From NCBI GenBank assembly GCA_944389475.1, contig CALXMM010000005.1:735-64734 (forward strand): a stretch of 64,000 bases of DNA, read 5' to 3'. Shown in pieces: positions 31,597 to 40,538 of this stretch. The stretch comes from an uncultured Clostridia bacterium. Its GTDB lineage: Bacteria; Bacillota; Clostridia; TANB77; CAG-508. The first letter of the stretch is position 1, and every line of letters starts with the position of its first letter. The notes under the pieces were generated by a model. It saw nothing but the letters and a program-made list of their open reading frames with translations. It ran no database searches and was not told where the DNA came from. The position numbers and the translations under genes were made by a program.

Positions 31597-32871
31597 ATGA
31601 AGGTAATAGTAATTGGCGGTGGACCTGCAGGAATGATGGCTGCAATAACTTCTGCAAAACAAGGAAATGAAGTAATATTATTGGAAAAGATGAAAAGTTG
31701 TGGAAGAAAGTTACTTATAACTGGAAAAGGCAGATGCAATATAACTAGTGGTTTACCAATGGATAAATTTATAGAAAACATACCAGAAAATGGAAAATTT
31801 ATGTATAGTGCATTTAAAAATTTTACTAACCAAGATATTATAAAAATGCTTAAAGAAAACAATGTTGAAGTAAAAGAAGAAAGAGGAAATAGAATATTTC
31901 CCGTTTCAGATAAGTCATTGGATGTGCTAAAAGCTTTCGAGAATGAATTAAAAAAATGTAATGTTAAAATTATTTATGAAGCAGAAGTTAAAGAAATTCG
32001 TGCTATAGAAAATGTAGTAAATGAAGTTGTTTTTCTAAATAAAAAAACAGGTAAAGAAGAAGTAATTAGTGCAAAAAAAGTTATATTAGCTACTGGAGGA
32101 AAGAGCTATCCTAACACTGGTTCTACTGGGGATGGTTATAAATTAGCCCAAGAATTAGGACATACGATAACTAAAATATATGGTTCATTAGTTCCATTAA
32201 CTTCTTCAGGAAAAGATTTGGAAATGTGTAAAATGATGCAAGGACTATCTTTAAGAAATATTGGTATGAAGATTGTAGATGTGGAAAAAAATAAAAAAAT
32301 ATATGAAGATTTTGGAGAATTATTATTTACTCATTTTGGAGTGTCAGGCCCAACAATTTTAAGTAGTTCTGCACATATATTAAGATATAAAAATGTAGAG
32401 AATTTATTAAAAGAAAATAAAATCAAATTACAAATAGATTTAAAACCTGCTTTAAGTGAGGAAAAATTAAATTTGAGATTACTTAGAGATTTTGAAAAGT
32501 TTAAGAATAAACAAATTATAAATAGCCTATTTGAATTATTACCAAAGAAAATAATAGAACCAGTAATAATTAAAGCAAATATAAATGAAGAAAAGAGAGT
32601 TAATGAAATTACGAAAAAAGAAAGAGAGAGATTAATAAGTATTATAAAATGTTTTGAAATTACAATTAATGGTTTTAGACCTATAGAAGATGCTATAATT
32701 ACAAGAGGAGGAATTACCACAAAAGAAATAAACCCAAAGACAATGGAGTCAAAGATTATAAAAGGGTTATATTTTGCTGGAGAAATAATAGATGTAGATG
32801 CTTATACAGGAGGATTTAATTTACAAATAGCATATTCAACTGGATATACAGCAGGATTAAATAATGATTAA
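31597..32871 (+). CDS. HI0933/BaiN-family NAD(P)/FAD-dependent oxidoreductase
   Basis: VIVIGGGPAGMMAA dinucleotide fold, GKGRCNIT motif, and C-terminal GLYFAGEIIDVDAYTGGFNLQ. Confidence 0.8.
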   Translation: MKVIVIGGGPAGMMAAITSAKQGNEVILLEKMKSCGRKLLITGKGRCNITSGLPMDKFIENIPENGKFMYSAFKNFTNQDIIKMLKENNVEVKEERGNRIFPVSDKSLDVLKAFENELKKCNVKIIYEAEVKEIRAIENVVNEVVFLNKKTGKEEVISAKKVILATGGKSYPNTGSTGDGYKLAQELGHTITKIYGSLVPLTSSGKDLEMCKMMQGLSLRNIGMKIVDVEKNKKIYEDFGELLFTHFGVSGPTILSSSAHILRYKNVENLLKENKIKLQIDLKPALSEEKLNLRLLRDFEKFKNKQIINSLFELLPKKIIEPVIIKANINEEKRVNEITKKERERLISIIKCFEITINGFRPIEDAIITRGGITTKEINPKTMESKIIKGLYFAGEIIDVDAYTGGFNLQIAYSTGYTAGLNND

Positions 32872-32882
32872 AGGGTGAATAA

Positions 32883-33500
32883 ATGAGAGAATATAATACT
32901 ATAGAAAATGAAGGTTTAAGTGAATTAATAGAGAAAAAATCAAAATTTATTGCATCTGTATACCATATTGAATCAATTAAAGAAGCAGAAGAGAAACTAA
33001 TGCAAGTAAGGAAGAAATATCATGATGCAAGGCATAATTGTTATGCTTATAGAGTACTAGAAAAAAATAATCTTGTAGAAAGAAGTAGTGATGATGGAGA
33101 ACCTTCTGGTACTGCAGGAGCCCCAATGTTAAACATTTTAAAACAAGAAGATTTATGTAATGTTTTAATAGTTGTAACAAGATATTTTGGTGGTATTTTG
33201 CTTGGGACAGGTGGATTGGTTAGAGCATATTCACAATCAACAAAAGAGGTAATAGAAAAAAGCAAGATAGTTTTAAAACAAGAAGGATATGTAGTCGAAA
33301 TAGAAATAGAATATAGGGATTTTGATAGATTAAAATATTTTTGTAAAACAAATGAAATAAAAATAATTAATTCACAGTATTTAGAAAATATTATAGTAGA
33401 AGTGGAAATAAAACAAAATCAAAAATTTTTATTTGATTCTTGTGAAAACTTGAATTTTAATCCAATAAAATGCAATATAATAAAAGAAAAATACATTTAG
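32883..33500 (+). CDS. yigZ: YigZ / IMPACT-family protein
   Basis: KSKFIASVYH..ARHNCYAY..DDGEPSGTAGAPML..VTRYFGGILLGTGGLVRAY. Confidence 0.75.
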   Translation: MREYNTIENEGLSELIEKKSKFIASVYHIESIKEAEEKLMQVRKKYHDARHNCYAYRVLEKNNLVERSSDDGEPSGTAGAPMLNILKQEDLCNVLIVVTRYFGGILLGTGGLVRAYSQSTKEVIEKSKIVLKQEGYVVEIEIEYRDFDRLKYFCKTNEIKIINSQYLENIIVEVEIKQNQKFLFDSCENLNFNPIKCNIIKEKYI

Positions 33501-33628
33501 AATTAAATTATAGTCGAAACTAACAAGTTTGTATGACAATAATATGTGCATATACAAATAATTAGGTGATTTTTTCTTAAAATAACAGAAATACCCTAAA
33601 AGTAACTTGAAAAAATTCCCAAAAAGAC

Positions 33629-33657
33629 TTGCAAAAAATGGAAAAAGGTAATATAAT
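33629..33657 (+). promoter_or_regulatory. Sigma-A-type promoter candidate for spo0A
   Basis: TTGCAA (33629-33634), a 17-nt spacer, then TATAAT (33652-33657). Confidence 0.45.
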
Positions 33658-33703
33658 TTGAATTGTAAAAAATTTACAAATTTTAACAATAGGGGGAAGA
33701 AAA

Positions 33704-34519
33704 TTGAAGGAAAAAATTACTATATTAATTGCTGATGATAATGTCGATTTTACAAGAACATTATCTGCATATTTAGAAAATGTTGAGGATTTTGAAGTTG
33801 TAGGTGTGGCTAAAGATGGAAATGAAGCTTTAGAAATTATTAAAGGAACACATCCAGATGTATTATTATTGGATGTAATAATGCCACATTTGGATGGAAT
33901 TGGAGTTTTGGAAAAATTAAACGAAACAACAATGACCAAAAAGCCAATAAGTATAATGTTATCTGCAGTTGGGCAGGACAAGATTACGCAAAAAGCAATT
34001 GCATTAGGTGCACAATATTATGTGGTAAAACCATTTGAGATTGATGTATTGGTAAAAAGAATAAGAGATATAAAATATTATCAACCTACTCAAAATAATA
34101 ATTTTATAGCAAGAGAAAGTAGGCCACAATACATAGATATATCTCCAGAAGAGAAAAAGGATGAAAGAAATTTAGAAGCTTTGGTAACTAATTTAATTCA
34201 TGAAGTAGGCGTACCAGCACATATAAAAGGATATCAATATTTAAGAGAAGCAATTATGATGGTAGTAAAAGATATAAATGTAATAAATCAAATAACAAAA
34301 CAATTATACCCTGATATAGCCAAGAAATTTCATACAACACCAAGTAGAGTGGAACGTGCAATACGACATGCAATCGAAGTGGCATGGAGTAGAGGAAAAG
34401 CAGATGAAGTAGAAAATATATTTGGATATACTGTATCTGCTACAAAAGGTAAACCAACAAATAGTGAATTCATAGCTATGATAGCAGATAAGTTAAGACT
34501 AGAATTAAAATCAGCTTAG
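33704..34519 (+). CDS. spo0A: Stage 0 sporulation master regulator Spo0A
   Basis: Receiver domain followed by the Spo0A-specific C-terminal domain ([37 protein letters not shown]). TTG start with a GGGGGA RBS. Confidence 0.95.
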   Translation: MKEKITILIADDNVDFTRTLSAYLENVEDFEVVGVAKDGNEALEIIKGTHPDVLLLDVIMPHLDGIGVLEKLNETTMTKKPISIMLSAVGQDKITQKAIALGAQYYVVKPFEIDVLVKRIRDIKYYQPTQNNNFIARESRPQYIDISPEEKKDERNLEALVTNLIHEVGVPAHIKGYQYLREAIMMVVKDINVINQITKQLYPDIAKKFHTTPSRVERAIRHAIEVAWSRGKADEVENIFGYTVSATKGKPTNSEFIAMIADKLRLELKSA

Positions 34520-34527
34520 AATTAAAA

Positions 34528-34565
34528 AATAGTATGTGTAAATTAAAGCACATACTATTTTTTTA
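34528..34565 (+). terminator. spo0A terminator
   Basis: AATAGTATGTG / CACATACTATT hairpin followed by a T-run. Confidence 0.6.
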
Positions 34566-34584
34566 TATAAATACAACAATTAAC

Positions 34585-34613
34585 TTGACATAATTATAGA
34601 TTGATAATATAAT
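34585..34613 (+). promoter_or_regulatory. Sigma-A-type promoter candidate for the EamA-family gene
   Basis: TTGACA (34585-34590), a 17-nt spacer, then TATAAT (34608-34613). Confidence 0.5.
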
Positions 34614-34729
34614 TTTACCGTGCGAAAAAGGGGAGATTAAGTTGAAAAATGGAGTAACTATAAATAGCCCTTAGAAAAAATACATGTTAAGTGCAAGAAA
34701 ATATAAACAAAATTTAAGGAGGAAAAATT

Positions 34730-35638
34730 ATGTGGGTATTATTTGCAACTATAACAGTATTATTGTGGGGTACATCAGAAACAATATTTAAAAAAGTATC
34801 TACCGCAGAAAAACATAGCGTATTAAAATTAATATCATATAATGGAATTATTTTGGGAATATGTGCATTTATATTTATGCTAATAACAAGAACAAAAATG
34901 GATTGGGGCATGATATATACATATTTGCCAGTAGCAATAATATATATAACATCAATGTTTTGTACATATAAAGCAATGACTTTAGTAAAAGTTTCAATTT
35001 TATCACCATTGCAAAATTCTTCATGTGCAATAACAACTTTATTATGTATTTTTATATTAAAACAAGAAGTTGGAATTCCACAAATTGTAGCAATTGCTGT
35101 TATTATAATTTGTATGGTTTTATTATCAATAAATAAAGATGAAGTATTAAGATTGGAATCTGGAGATAAAGAAGCAGATGAAAGAAATGCAAGAAGAGCA
35201 TATTTATTATATTTAAAAGGAATTGCATTTGCATTAGGATATCTATTATTAGATGGTATAGGTTCATTTATGGATGATTATACATTAGAAGGTGATTTAT
35301 CTGCAGAACAAGTAATTATAGCTTATTCATACATCTATTTTGTTGTAGGTGTAATATGTGCAATTATCTTAAAAGTAATAGATAAGGATTACAAACCAAT
35401 TAGGAGATTTAAAGAAAATAAACTTAAACTAATTGGAACATTAGTAGAAACAGCAGGACAATATACATATATTTATGCTTTCGCATTTGGTGATGCAGCA
35501 TTAGCTTCTCCATATATTGCAGCATATAGTATTGTAACAATTATATTATCTAGAATATTCTTAAAAGAGAAATTAAAACCTAGACAATATGCATTAATTG
35601 CATTAATTATAGCTGGCTTAGTTACATTGTCTATTTAA
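34730..35638 (+). CDS. EamA/DMT-superfamily transporter
   Basis: A ten-TM-like profile in two halves. GGAGGA RBS upstream. Confidence 0.7.
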   Translation: MWVLFATITVLLWGTSETIFKKVSTAEKHSVLKLISYNGIILGICAFIFMLITRTKMDWGMIYTYLPVAIIYITSMFCTYKAMTLVKVSILSPLQNSSCAITTLLCIFILKQEVGIPQIVAIAVIIICMVLLSINKDEVLRLESGDKEADERNARRAYLLYLKGIAFALGYLLLDGIGSFMDDYTLEGDLSAEQVIIAYSYIYFVVGVICAIILKVIDKDYKPIRRFKENKLKLIGTLVETAGQYTYIYAFAFGDAALASPYIAAYSIVTIILSRIFLKEKLKPRQYALIALIIAGLVTLSI

Positions 35639-35657
35639 TAAAGGTAATATAAAAGGG

Positions 35658-35691
35658 AAAGCCCTTTCCACATAAATGTGGGAAGGGCTTT
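35658..35691. terminator. Bidirectional terminator hairpin
   Basis: AAAGCCCTTTCCACA / TGTGGGAAGGGCTTT hairpin between the convergent EamA gene (+) and the GC-rich gene (-). Confidence 0.6.
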
Positions 35692-35729
35692 ATGTTTGGG
35701 GTACGAGTAGAATGTACAGTGTACAATAT

Positions 35730-36473
35730 CTACTTCGGAGAAGAGTAGATCGAGATGGATTCAATCATTTCCATTGCTTTCTCGAACTTACTCTTCCGGT
35801 CGGTGTCATCAGGAACGAACATGGAAATCTGAAGCAGAACATTCGCATTGATCTTGACAACCGAGAACCTGTAGTCCGCCAGTCGCTCAGCACTCAGGTA
35901 GTTGAATTTTGTAAAGAAGAACGGTACACGATTATCGTGCGACTCCAGTGCATCCAACTTAAGAGTAAAGGCGATTTGGTCTCCAATTGCTAAAACAGAG
36001 AAGCATTCACGGCTCATTGTCAAGAACTTCTGGATCTTGACAATATTGAGCATTTCTACAACCTGTTCCAGCATAGGAATGGACTTCCTGAGAATGAGAG
36101 CGCAGGTCACATCCTCACTGTTTTCGGTTGAGGTAGTTTCCACTGCCTTAGGCTTGTAGGTGTATTTGTCAACAATGGAAATAACAAGCTCGGAACGAGA
36201 CTTATCATATCCAAAAGACATAATGCACTTCTTGAACAGAGCATTGATTGCCGAAACACTAGTGTTAGGCAACGAGCTTGCATTGAAAGCCACTTCGAAA
36301 ACAGGAATAGAATTCTTGTTTCGACGAACCGAAAGCACAAGCTTTTCATCGTTTGTAACAATGAAACCATAGTGACTCTCAGGATTGGCCAGGGCATTCA
36401 GAGCATTGCAAATTGCTTCAATGACTTTGGTGTCATTTTCCTGAATTTTTGCCCGGAAAGAATTGCTTGTCAT
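35730..36473 (-). CDS. Orphan 247-aa protein of foreign base composition, tentatively PCNA/sliding-clamp-like fold
   Basis: GGAGGT RBS about 9 nt upstream of the ATG. The coding region is far more GC-rich than its flanks: 21 of 40 nt in one sampled stretch, and GC3 is 22 of the first 51 codons. The length, the N-terminal SFRAKIQ + helix (VIEAICNALNAL), an internal FFFTKFNYLSAERL helix and the C-terminal ISIYSSPK resemble the PCNA layout (FEARL.., ALRYLNFFTK, YYLAPK). This rests on by-eye similarity only. Confidence 0.55.
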   Translation of the reverse strand: MTSNSFRAKIQENDTKVIEAICNALNALANPESHYGFIVTNDEKLVLSVRRNKNSIPVFEVAFNASSLPNTSVSAINALFKKCIMSFGYDKSRSELVISIVDKYTYKPKAVETTSTENSEDVTCALILRKSIPMLEQVVEMLNIVKIQKFLTMSRECFSVLAIGDQIAFTLKLDALESHDNRVPFFFTKFNYLSAERLADYRFSVVKINANVLLQISMFVPDDTDRKSKFEKAMEMIESISIYSSPK

Positions 36474-36481
36474 AGATGTTT

Positions 36482-36550
36482 TACCTCCAATTGTTTAATT
36501 TATTTGCTGTTATGACTAAGCTTTTTTTTCTTGAAGTTGTACCTCCAATT
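36482..36550 (-). repeat. Direct repeat of an 11-mer containing the Shine-Dalgarno sequence in the leader of the GC-rich gene
   Basis: On the + strand, TACCTCCAATT occurs at 36482-36492 and 36540-36550, which is AATTGGAGGTA twice on the coding strand. Only the promoter-distal copy is followed by a start codon. Confidence 0.6.
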
Positions 36551-36579
36551 CTTTCAAATGTACCAAATGGTATAACTTA

Positions 36580-36608
36580 ATTATACTACAAAAACTCAAA
36601 AAGGTAAA
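36580..36608 (-). promoter_or_regulatory. Promoter candidate for the GC-rich gene
   Basis: On the minus strand: TTTACC (36608-36603), a 17-nt spacer, then TATAAT (36585-36580). Confidence 0.4.
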
Positions 36609-36779
36609 CATAATTTGTATTTGTAGCCATTATGAGGAATTTGTTAGATATAATTTATGTCATTATGAGAAAAATATTATATATAAATTGTTTATTTAAT
36701 GAACTAAGTTAAAAAATTAAGAAAATCTAAATTGATATACTAATATGTACGTGATATAATTTAAAAAAAATTAGAAAGA

Positions 36780-39116
36780 GTGAAAACAGTGCAAAGATAT
36801 AACCCGGATTTTAAAAAAGGATTAAATTACGAACAAGTAAATGAAAGAAAACAGGAGAAACTAGTTAACTTTGATACAACCGTTAAAACCAAAAGCATAA
36901 AATCTATTATTTTTTCAAATATTTTTACCTTATTTAATATAATGAATTTGGTACTTGCTTTGTTAATTGTTTTAGCAGGTGCATATAAAAATTTATTATT
37001 TATTATAATTGTCATTCTAAATACATTAATTAGTACAATTCAAGAAATTCATTCTAAAAGAACGATAGATAAGCTTTCTTTTTTAGTAGAAACTAAATCT
37101 AAAGTTGTAAGGGAAGGTAAAACAGAAGAAATTAGTAATTATGAATTAGTATTAGATGATGTAATAGAACTAAATGTAGGAAATCAAATTCCTACAGATA
37201 GTATTATTTTAGATGGAGAAATCGAAGTGAATGAAGCTCTTTTAACAGGAGAACCAGATAATATAGAAAAAAGTAAAGGCGATAAATTACTTTCTGGGAG
37301 TTACATAGTAAGTGGAAAATGTTTTGCAAAGGTAGAACACATAGGAAAAGAAAATTATGTAGCTAAAATTTCACAAGAAGCTAAGAAGAAAAGAAAAATA
37401 AACTCAGAAATAATGACATCTTTAAGTAAAATAATTAAATTAATATCTTTCATAATAATTCCAGTAGGAATATTACTATTCTTTAATCAATTAGATTTAG
37501 ATAGCTATGATTGGAAAACAGCAGTAGTTAGTACTGTTGCTGCATTAATCGGTATGATACCGGAGGGGTTAGTATTATTAACAAGTACAGTATTAGCTGT
37601 TAGTGTAACTAGGTTAGCAAGAAAAAAAGTTTTGGTTCAAGAATTATATTGTATAGAAACATTAGCCAGGGTAGATGTCCTTTGTTTGGATAAAACAGGT
37701 ACTATAACGGAAGGAAGAATGAGTGTTGATAAAATTATCCCTGCTAAAAATTATACTGAAGGAGAAGTTAAGGAGATTCTAGGAGTATTAGCTAAATATT
37801 CAGAAGATAGAAATTCTACAATAGATGCAATAAGGGATAAATTTTCAACAAACAAAGAATTAAAGATAAAAACAAGAATGCCTTTTAAATCTTCTAATAA
37901 ATGGTCAGGAATTAGTTTTGAAGATATAACCTATGTATTAGGGGCTCCAGAGATTGTTGGAGAAACAAATGATGAAATAAAAAAATATATATCAGATTAC
38001 AGAGTTGTAGCAATTGGAAAAACTAGTGAAGTTATAAATAAAAAATTACCTAAGAATATAGAAATCATTGGATATGTACTAATATCGGATGTAATTCGTA
38101 AAAATTCTAAGGAAATTCTGGAATATTTTGATAAACAAGGAGTAACTATAAAAATAATTTCTGGGGACAATCCTATAACTGTTTCTAATATAGCTAAGAA
38201 AGCAGGGGTTAGGGATTATAATAATTATGTGGATGCGAGAACTTTAAAGACAGATAAGGAAATAAAAGAAGCAGCAATGAAATATACTGTATTTGGTAGA
38301 GTAACTCCAGAACAGAAAAAGCAAATAATCATTGCACTTAAGGAAAACAAACATACTGTTGCAATGACTGGAGATGGAGTAAATGATGTATTAGCATTAA
38401 AGAATGCAGATTGTAGTATTTCTGTGGCTAATGGAAGTGATGCAGCTAGAAACGTATCACAATTAGTATTAATGGATAATGATTTTAAATCTATGCCAAA
38501 TATTGTAGATGAAGGTAGAAGAACAATAAACAATATTCAAAGGTCAGCTACACTATTTTTAGTAAAAACTATTTATGCCACAATATTAGCTATTTTATTT
38601 GTTTTTGTAAATATGCAATATCCATTTATACCTATTCAGATGACTTTAATAAATTTTGTTGTAACTGGAATTCCATCAGTAGTTTTGGCATTAGAACCAA
38701 ACAAAGATAGAATAAAGGGAAGATTTATAATAAATGTAATAAAAAAAGCATTACCAACTGCATTAACAGTGGTTACTAATATAATAATTATTAGTATAAT
38801 TAGTAGTTTATATAATTTGGATGAAGTAAATTACTCAAGTGTATGTGTTGTGGTAACAGCAATAACTGGATTTATATTGCTATTTAGAATATCTAGACCA
38901 TTTGACTTAAGTAGAACAATTTTATTTGTAAGTGTTGTTTCTATATTTACTATAGGAATTACCTTATTTAGAAATGTATTTAATATTAGACTAGATTTAA
39001 GTAATGTTGTACCAATAATAATTTTAGGAATTACCACAATAGCTGTAGGAGTAATATATAATCTTATTTCTAATAGAATTTTTAAATATGTTGAAAAGAG
39101 GTTAGGAAATGATTAG
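36780..39116 (+). CDS. Cation-translocating P-type ATPase (P2/P3-like)
   Basis: CLDKTGTITEG phosphorylation site, TGEP, MTGDGVNDVLALKNAD, and ten TM-like helices. GTG start, with an alternative GTG at 36789. Confidence 0.9.
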   Translation: MKTVQRYNPDFKKGLNYEQVNERKQEKLVNFDTTVKTKSIKSIIFSNIFTLFNIMNLVLALLIVLAGAYKNLLFIIIVILNTLISTIQEIHSKRTIDKLSFLVETKSKVVREGKTEEISNYELVLDDVIELNVGNQIPTDSIILDGEIEVNEALLTGEPDNIEKSKGDKLLSGSYIVSGKCFAKVEHIGKENYVAKISQEAKKKRKINSEIMTSLSKIIKLISFIIIPVGILLFFNQLDLDSYDWKTAVVSTVAALIGMIPEGLVLLTSTVLAVSVTRLARKKVLVQELYCIETLARVDVLCLDKTGTITEGRMSVDKIIPAKNYTEGEVKEILGVLAKYSEDRNSTIDAIRDKFSTNKELKIKTRMPFKSSNKWSGISFEDITYVLGAPEIVGETNDEIKKYISDYRVVAIGKTSEVINKKLPKNIEIIGYVLISDVIRKNSKEILEYFDKQGVTIKIISGDNPITVSNIAKKAGVRDYNNYVDARTLKTDKEIKEAAMKYTVFGRVTPEQKKQIIIALKENKHTVAMTGDGVNDVLALKNADCSISVANGSDAARNVSQLVLMDNDFKSMPNIVDEGRRTINNIQRSATLFLVKTIYATILAILFVFVNMQYPFIPIQMTLINFVVTGIPSVVLALEPNKDRIKGRFIINVIKKALPTALTVVTNIIIISIISSLYNLDEVNYSSVCVVVTAITGFILLFRISRPFDLSRTILFVSVVSIFTIGITLFRNVFNIRLDLSNVVPIIILGITTIAVGVIYNLISNRIFKYVEKRLGND

Positions 39117-39630
39117 TAAAGAAGATGTTATAGCAAATGCAAATGATAAAGAATTTGTATTAAAAGCAATAGAAGAAACACCTACTTTAATAGAATTTGC
39201 AAGTGATGAGTTAAGAAATAACAAAGAAGTAATGCTAGAAGCTATAAAAAGAAATGGAGAAGTCCTAGAATTTGCTAGCGATAGATTAAAAGGGGACAAA
39301 GAAGTTGTACTTACTGCAGTAAAAGAAGTTGGTTGGGTAGTTTGCTATGCATCAGAAAAATTAAAAGTAGATAAAGAAATAATTTTAGAGGGATGCAAAA
39401 TAGATGGACAAGTATTATATTTTGCAAGTAAGGAATTAAGAGATGACAAAGAAGTTGTGCTAGCAGCTGTAAATAATAAAGGGATAATAGTGAAATATGC
39501 CAGTGAAAGATTATTAAGAGACAACGATATTATAAAGGCTGCAATAACACAAAATAAAAAAGCTGCTATGTTTATACCTTTGGAGTGTAGAGAAAGAGAA
39601 GAGATAAAGGCTTTACTTGAAACTGAATAA
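39109..39630 (+). CDS. DUF4116-type repeat protein
   Basis: Five to six tandem repeats of about 30 aa of the type FASDELRNNKEVMLEAIKRNG. Confidence 0.65.
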   Translation: MISKEDVIANANDKEFVLKAIEETPTLIEFASDELRNNKEVMLEAIKRNGEVLEFASDRLKGDKEVVLTAVKEVGWVVCYASEKLKVDKEIILEGCKIDGQVLYFASKELRDDKEVVLAAVNNKGIIVKYASERLLRDNDIIKAAITQNKKAAMFIPLECREREEIKALLETE

Positions 39631-39731
39631 GAAAAATATAGCTCACTTTAGTGTATAAAGTGGGCTATATTTATATTGCGCTTTAGCTTGAATAATCTAC
39701 TAGGTCTACCAGTGGTGGGAAAATTAAAAAA

Positions 39732-40193
39732 TCATAATACACATCCTAAAACAAGAATACCTAATGTATCATGATAAATTTTATTAAATTGCTCAATAGG
39801 AAGAGGATTTTCACCTTTTCCAACTTCTATAGTGAATCCTGGTTTATTAAAATTTTGTATAAACCAATCTCTAAATCCACCAAAAGATGAATTATATGGG
39901 GTAACTTCTAATTCATATCCACTAACATGTGCAAATTCTTTGGCTAATGTTAATGAGTTTTGTGGTAAAAATTCTATATATTTCCAATATATTACTTCTC
40001 CTTGAGAATGAAAACAAAGGCATAATGAGAAATTTTTTAAAAGCGTAAATTTATATAATGATTTAGCTTCGGGTTCGGATAAAGGAGAAGAGCCAGCAAA
40101 ATCTCGTGGTGCAGGATGATTAAAACCAATATTAGATTTGATTTTTTTTCCAAGTTCCCAATTGGCAGGAAATTGAGAGTTTAAATCCACACC
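39732..40193 (-). pseudogene. 3' segment (C-terminal half) of a split M14 gamma-D-glutamyl-diamino-acid-type peptidase gene
   Basis: It reads (G)VDLNSQFPANWE..CFHSQGE..FTIEVG, giving the third Zn ligand His and the catalytic Glu of the M14 family. There is no RBS or ATG of its own. It continues the frame of the 46743..46308 segment once 40194..46311 is removed. Confidence 0.8.
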
Positions 40194-40197
40194 TGTG

Positions 40198-40214
40198 AGT
40201 TTGATTAACTTCCA
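40198..40214. repeat. Left terminal inverted repeat (att arm) of the intervening element
   Basis: AGTTTGATTAACTTCCA, the reverse complement of the right arm apart from one mismatch. Confidence 0.75.
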
Positions 40215-40310
40215 TATATAAAAATTATAATAATAAAATATAAAAATATTTACAGAAACAAGGTGTTTTAAAGCATCTTGTACTTTTTATTTTTATATCT
40301 ATACGATAAA

Positions 40311-40353
40311 TAGGACATACCCTATGCGATTTTTAGGACAGAGGTATGTCCTA
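40311..40353. repeat. Inverted repeat with reiterated TAGGACA motif upstream of the restriction gene
   Basis: TAGGACATACC (40311-40321) and GGTATGTCCTA (40343-40353) form an 11-bp dyad. TAGGACA recurs at 40334-40340, and a GGGACA copy lies just downstream. Confidence 0.5.
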
Positions 40354-40538
40354 AATGGGACAATATAATATTATAAGTATAATAAGATAGATAGATTATT
40401 AATTATATATAAAATATACTAAAAAATGTGAAATTTTTATTGACAAAAGAACAAATGTTTGATATAAATATGAATGATAATTATTTTAGAATAATATTTT
40501 AAAATAATTAAAAATGTGGTAATATATATTTACATTAA

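Noticed and set aside
34614-34729. Riboswitch in the ~115-nt leader of the EamA-family transporter gene
   Set aside because: Only a short AAGGG/CCCTT pairing and a TTAAGT direct repeat are visible. There is no resemblance to known riboswitch cores and no terminator or anti-terminator alternative.
35676-36397. Four overlapping ORFs (35676..35993 +, 35902..36159 +, 36160..36372 +, 36107..36397 -) inside the GC-rich region
   Set aside because: These are shadow frames made possible by the higher GC content, which means fewer stop codons. Only the 247-aa minus-strand frame spans the whole island and has a GGAGG RBS.
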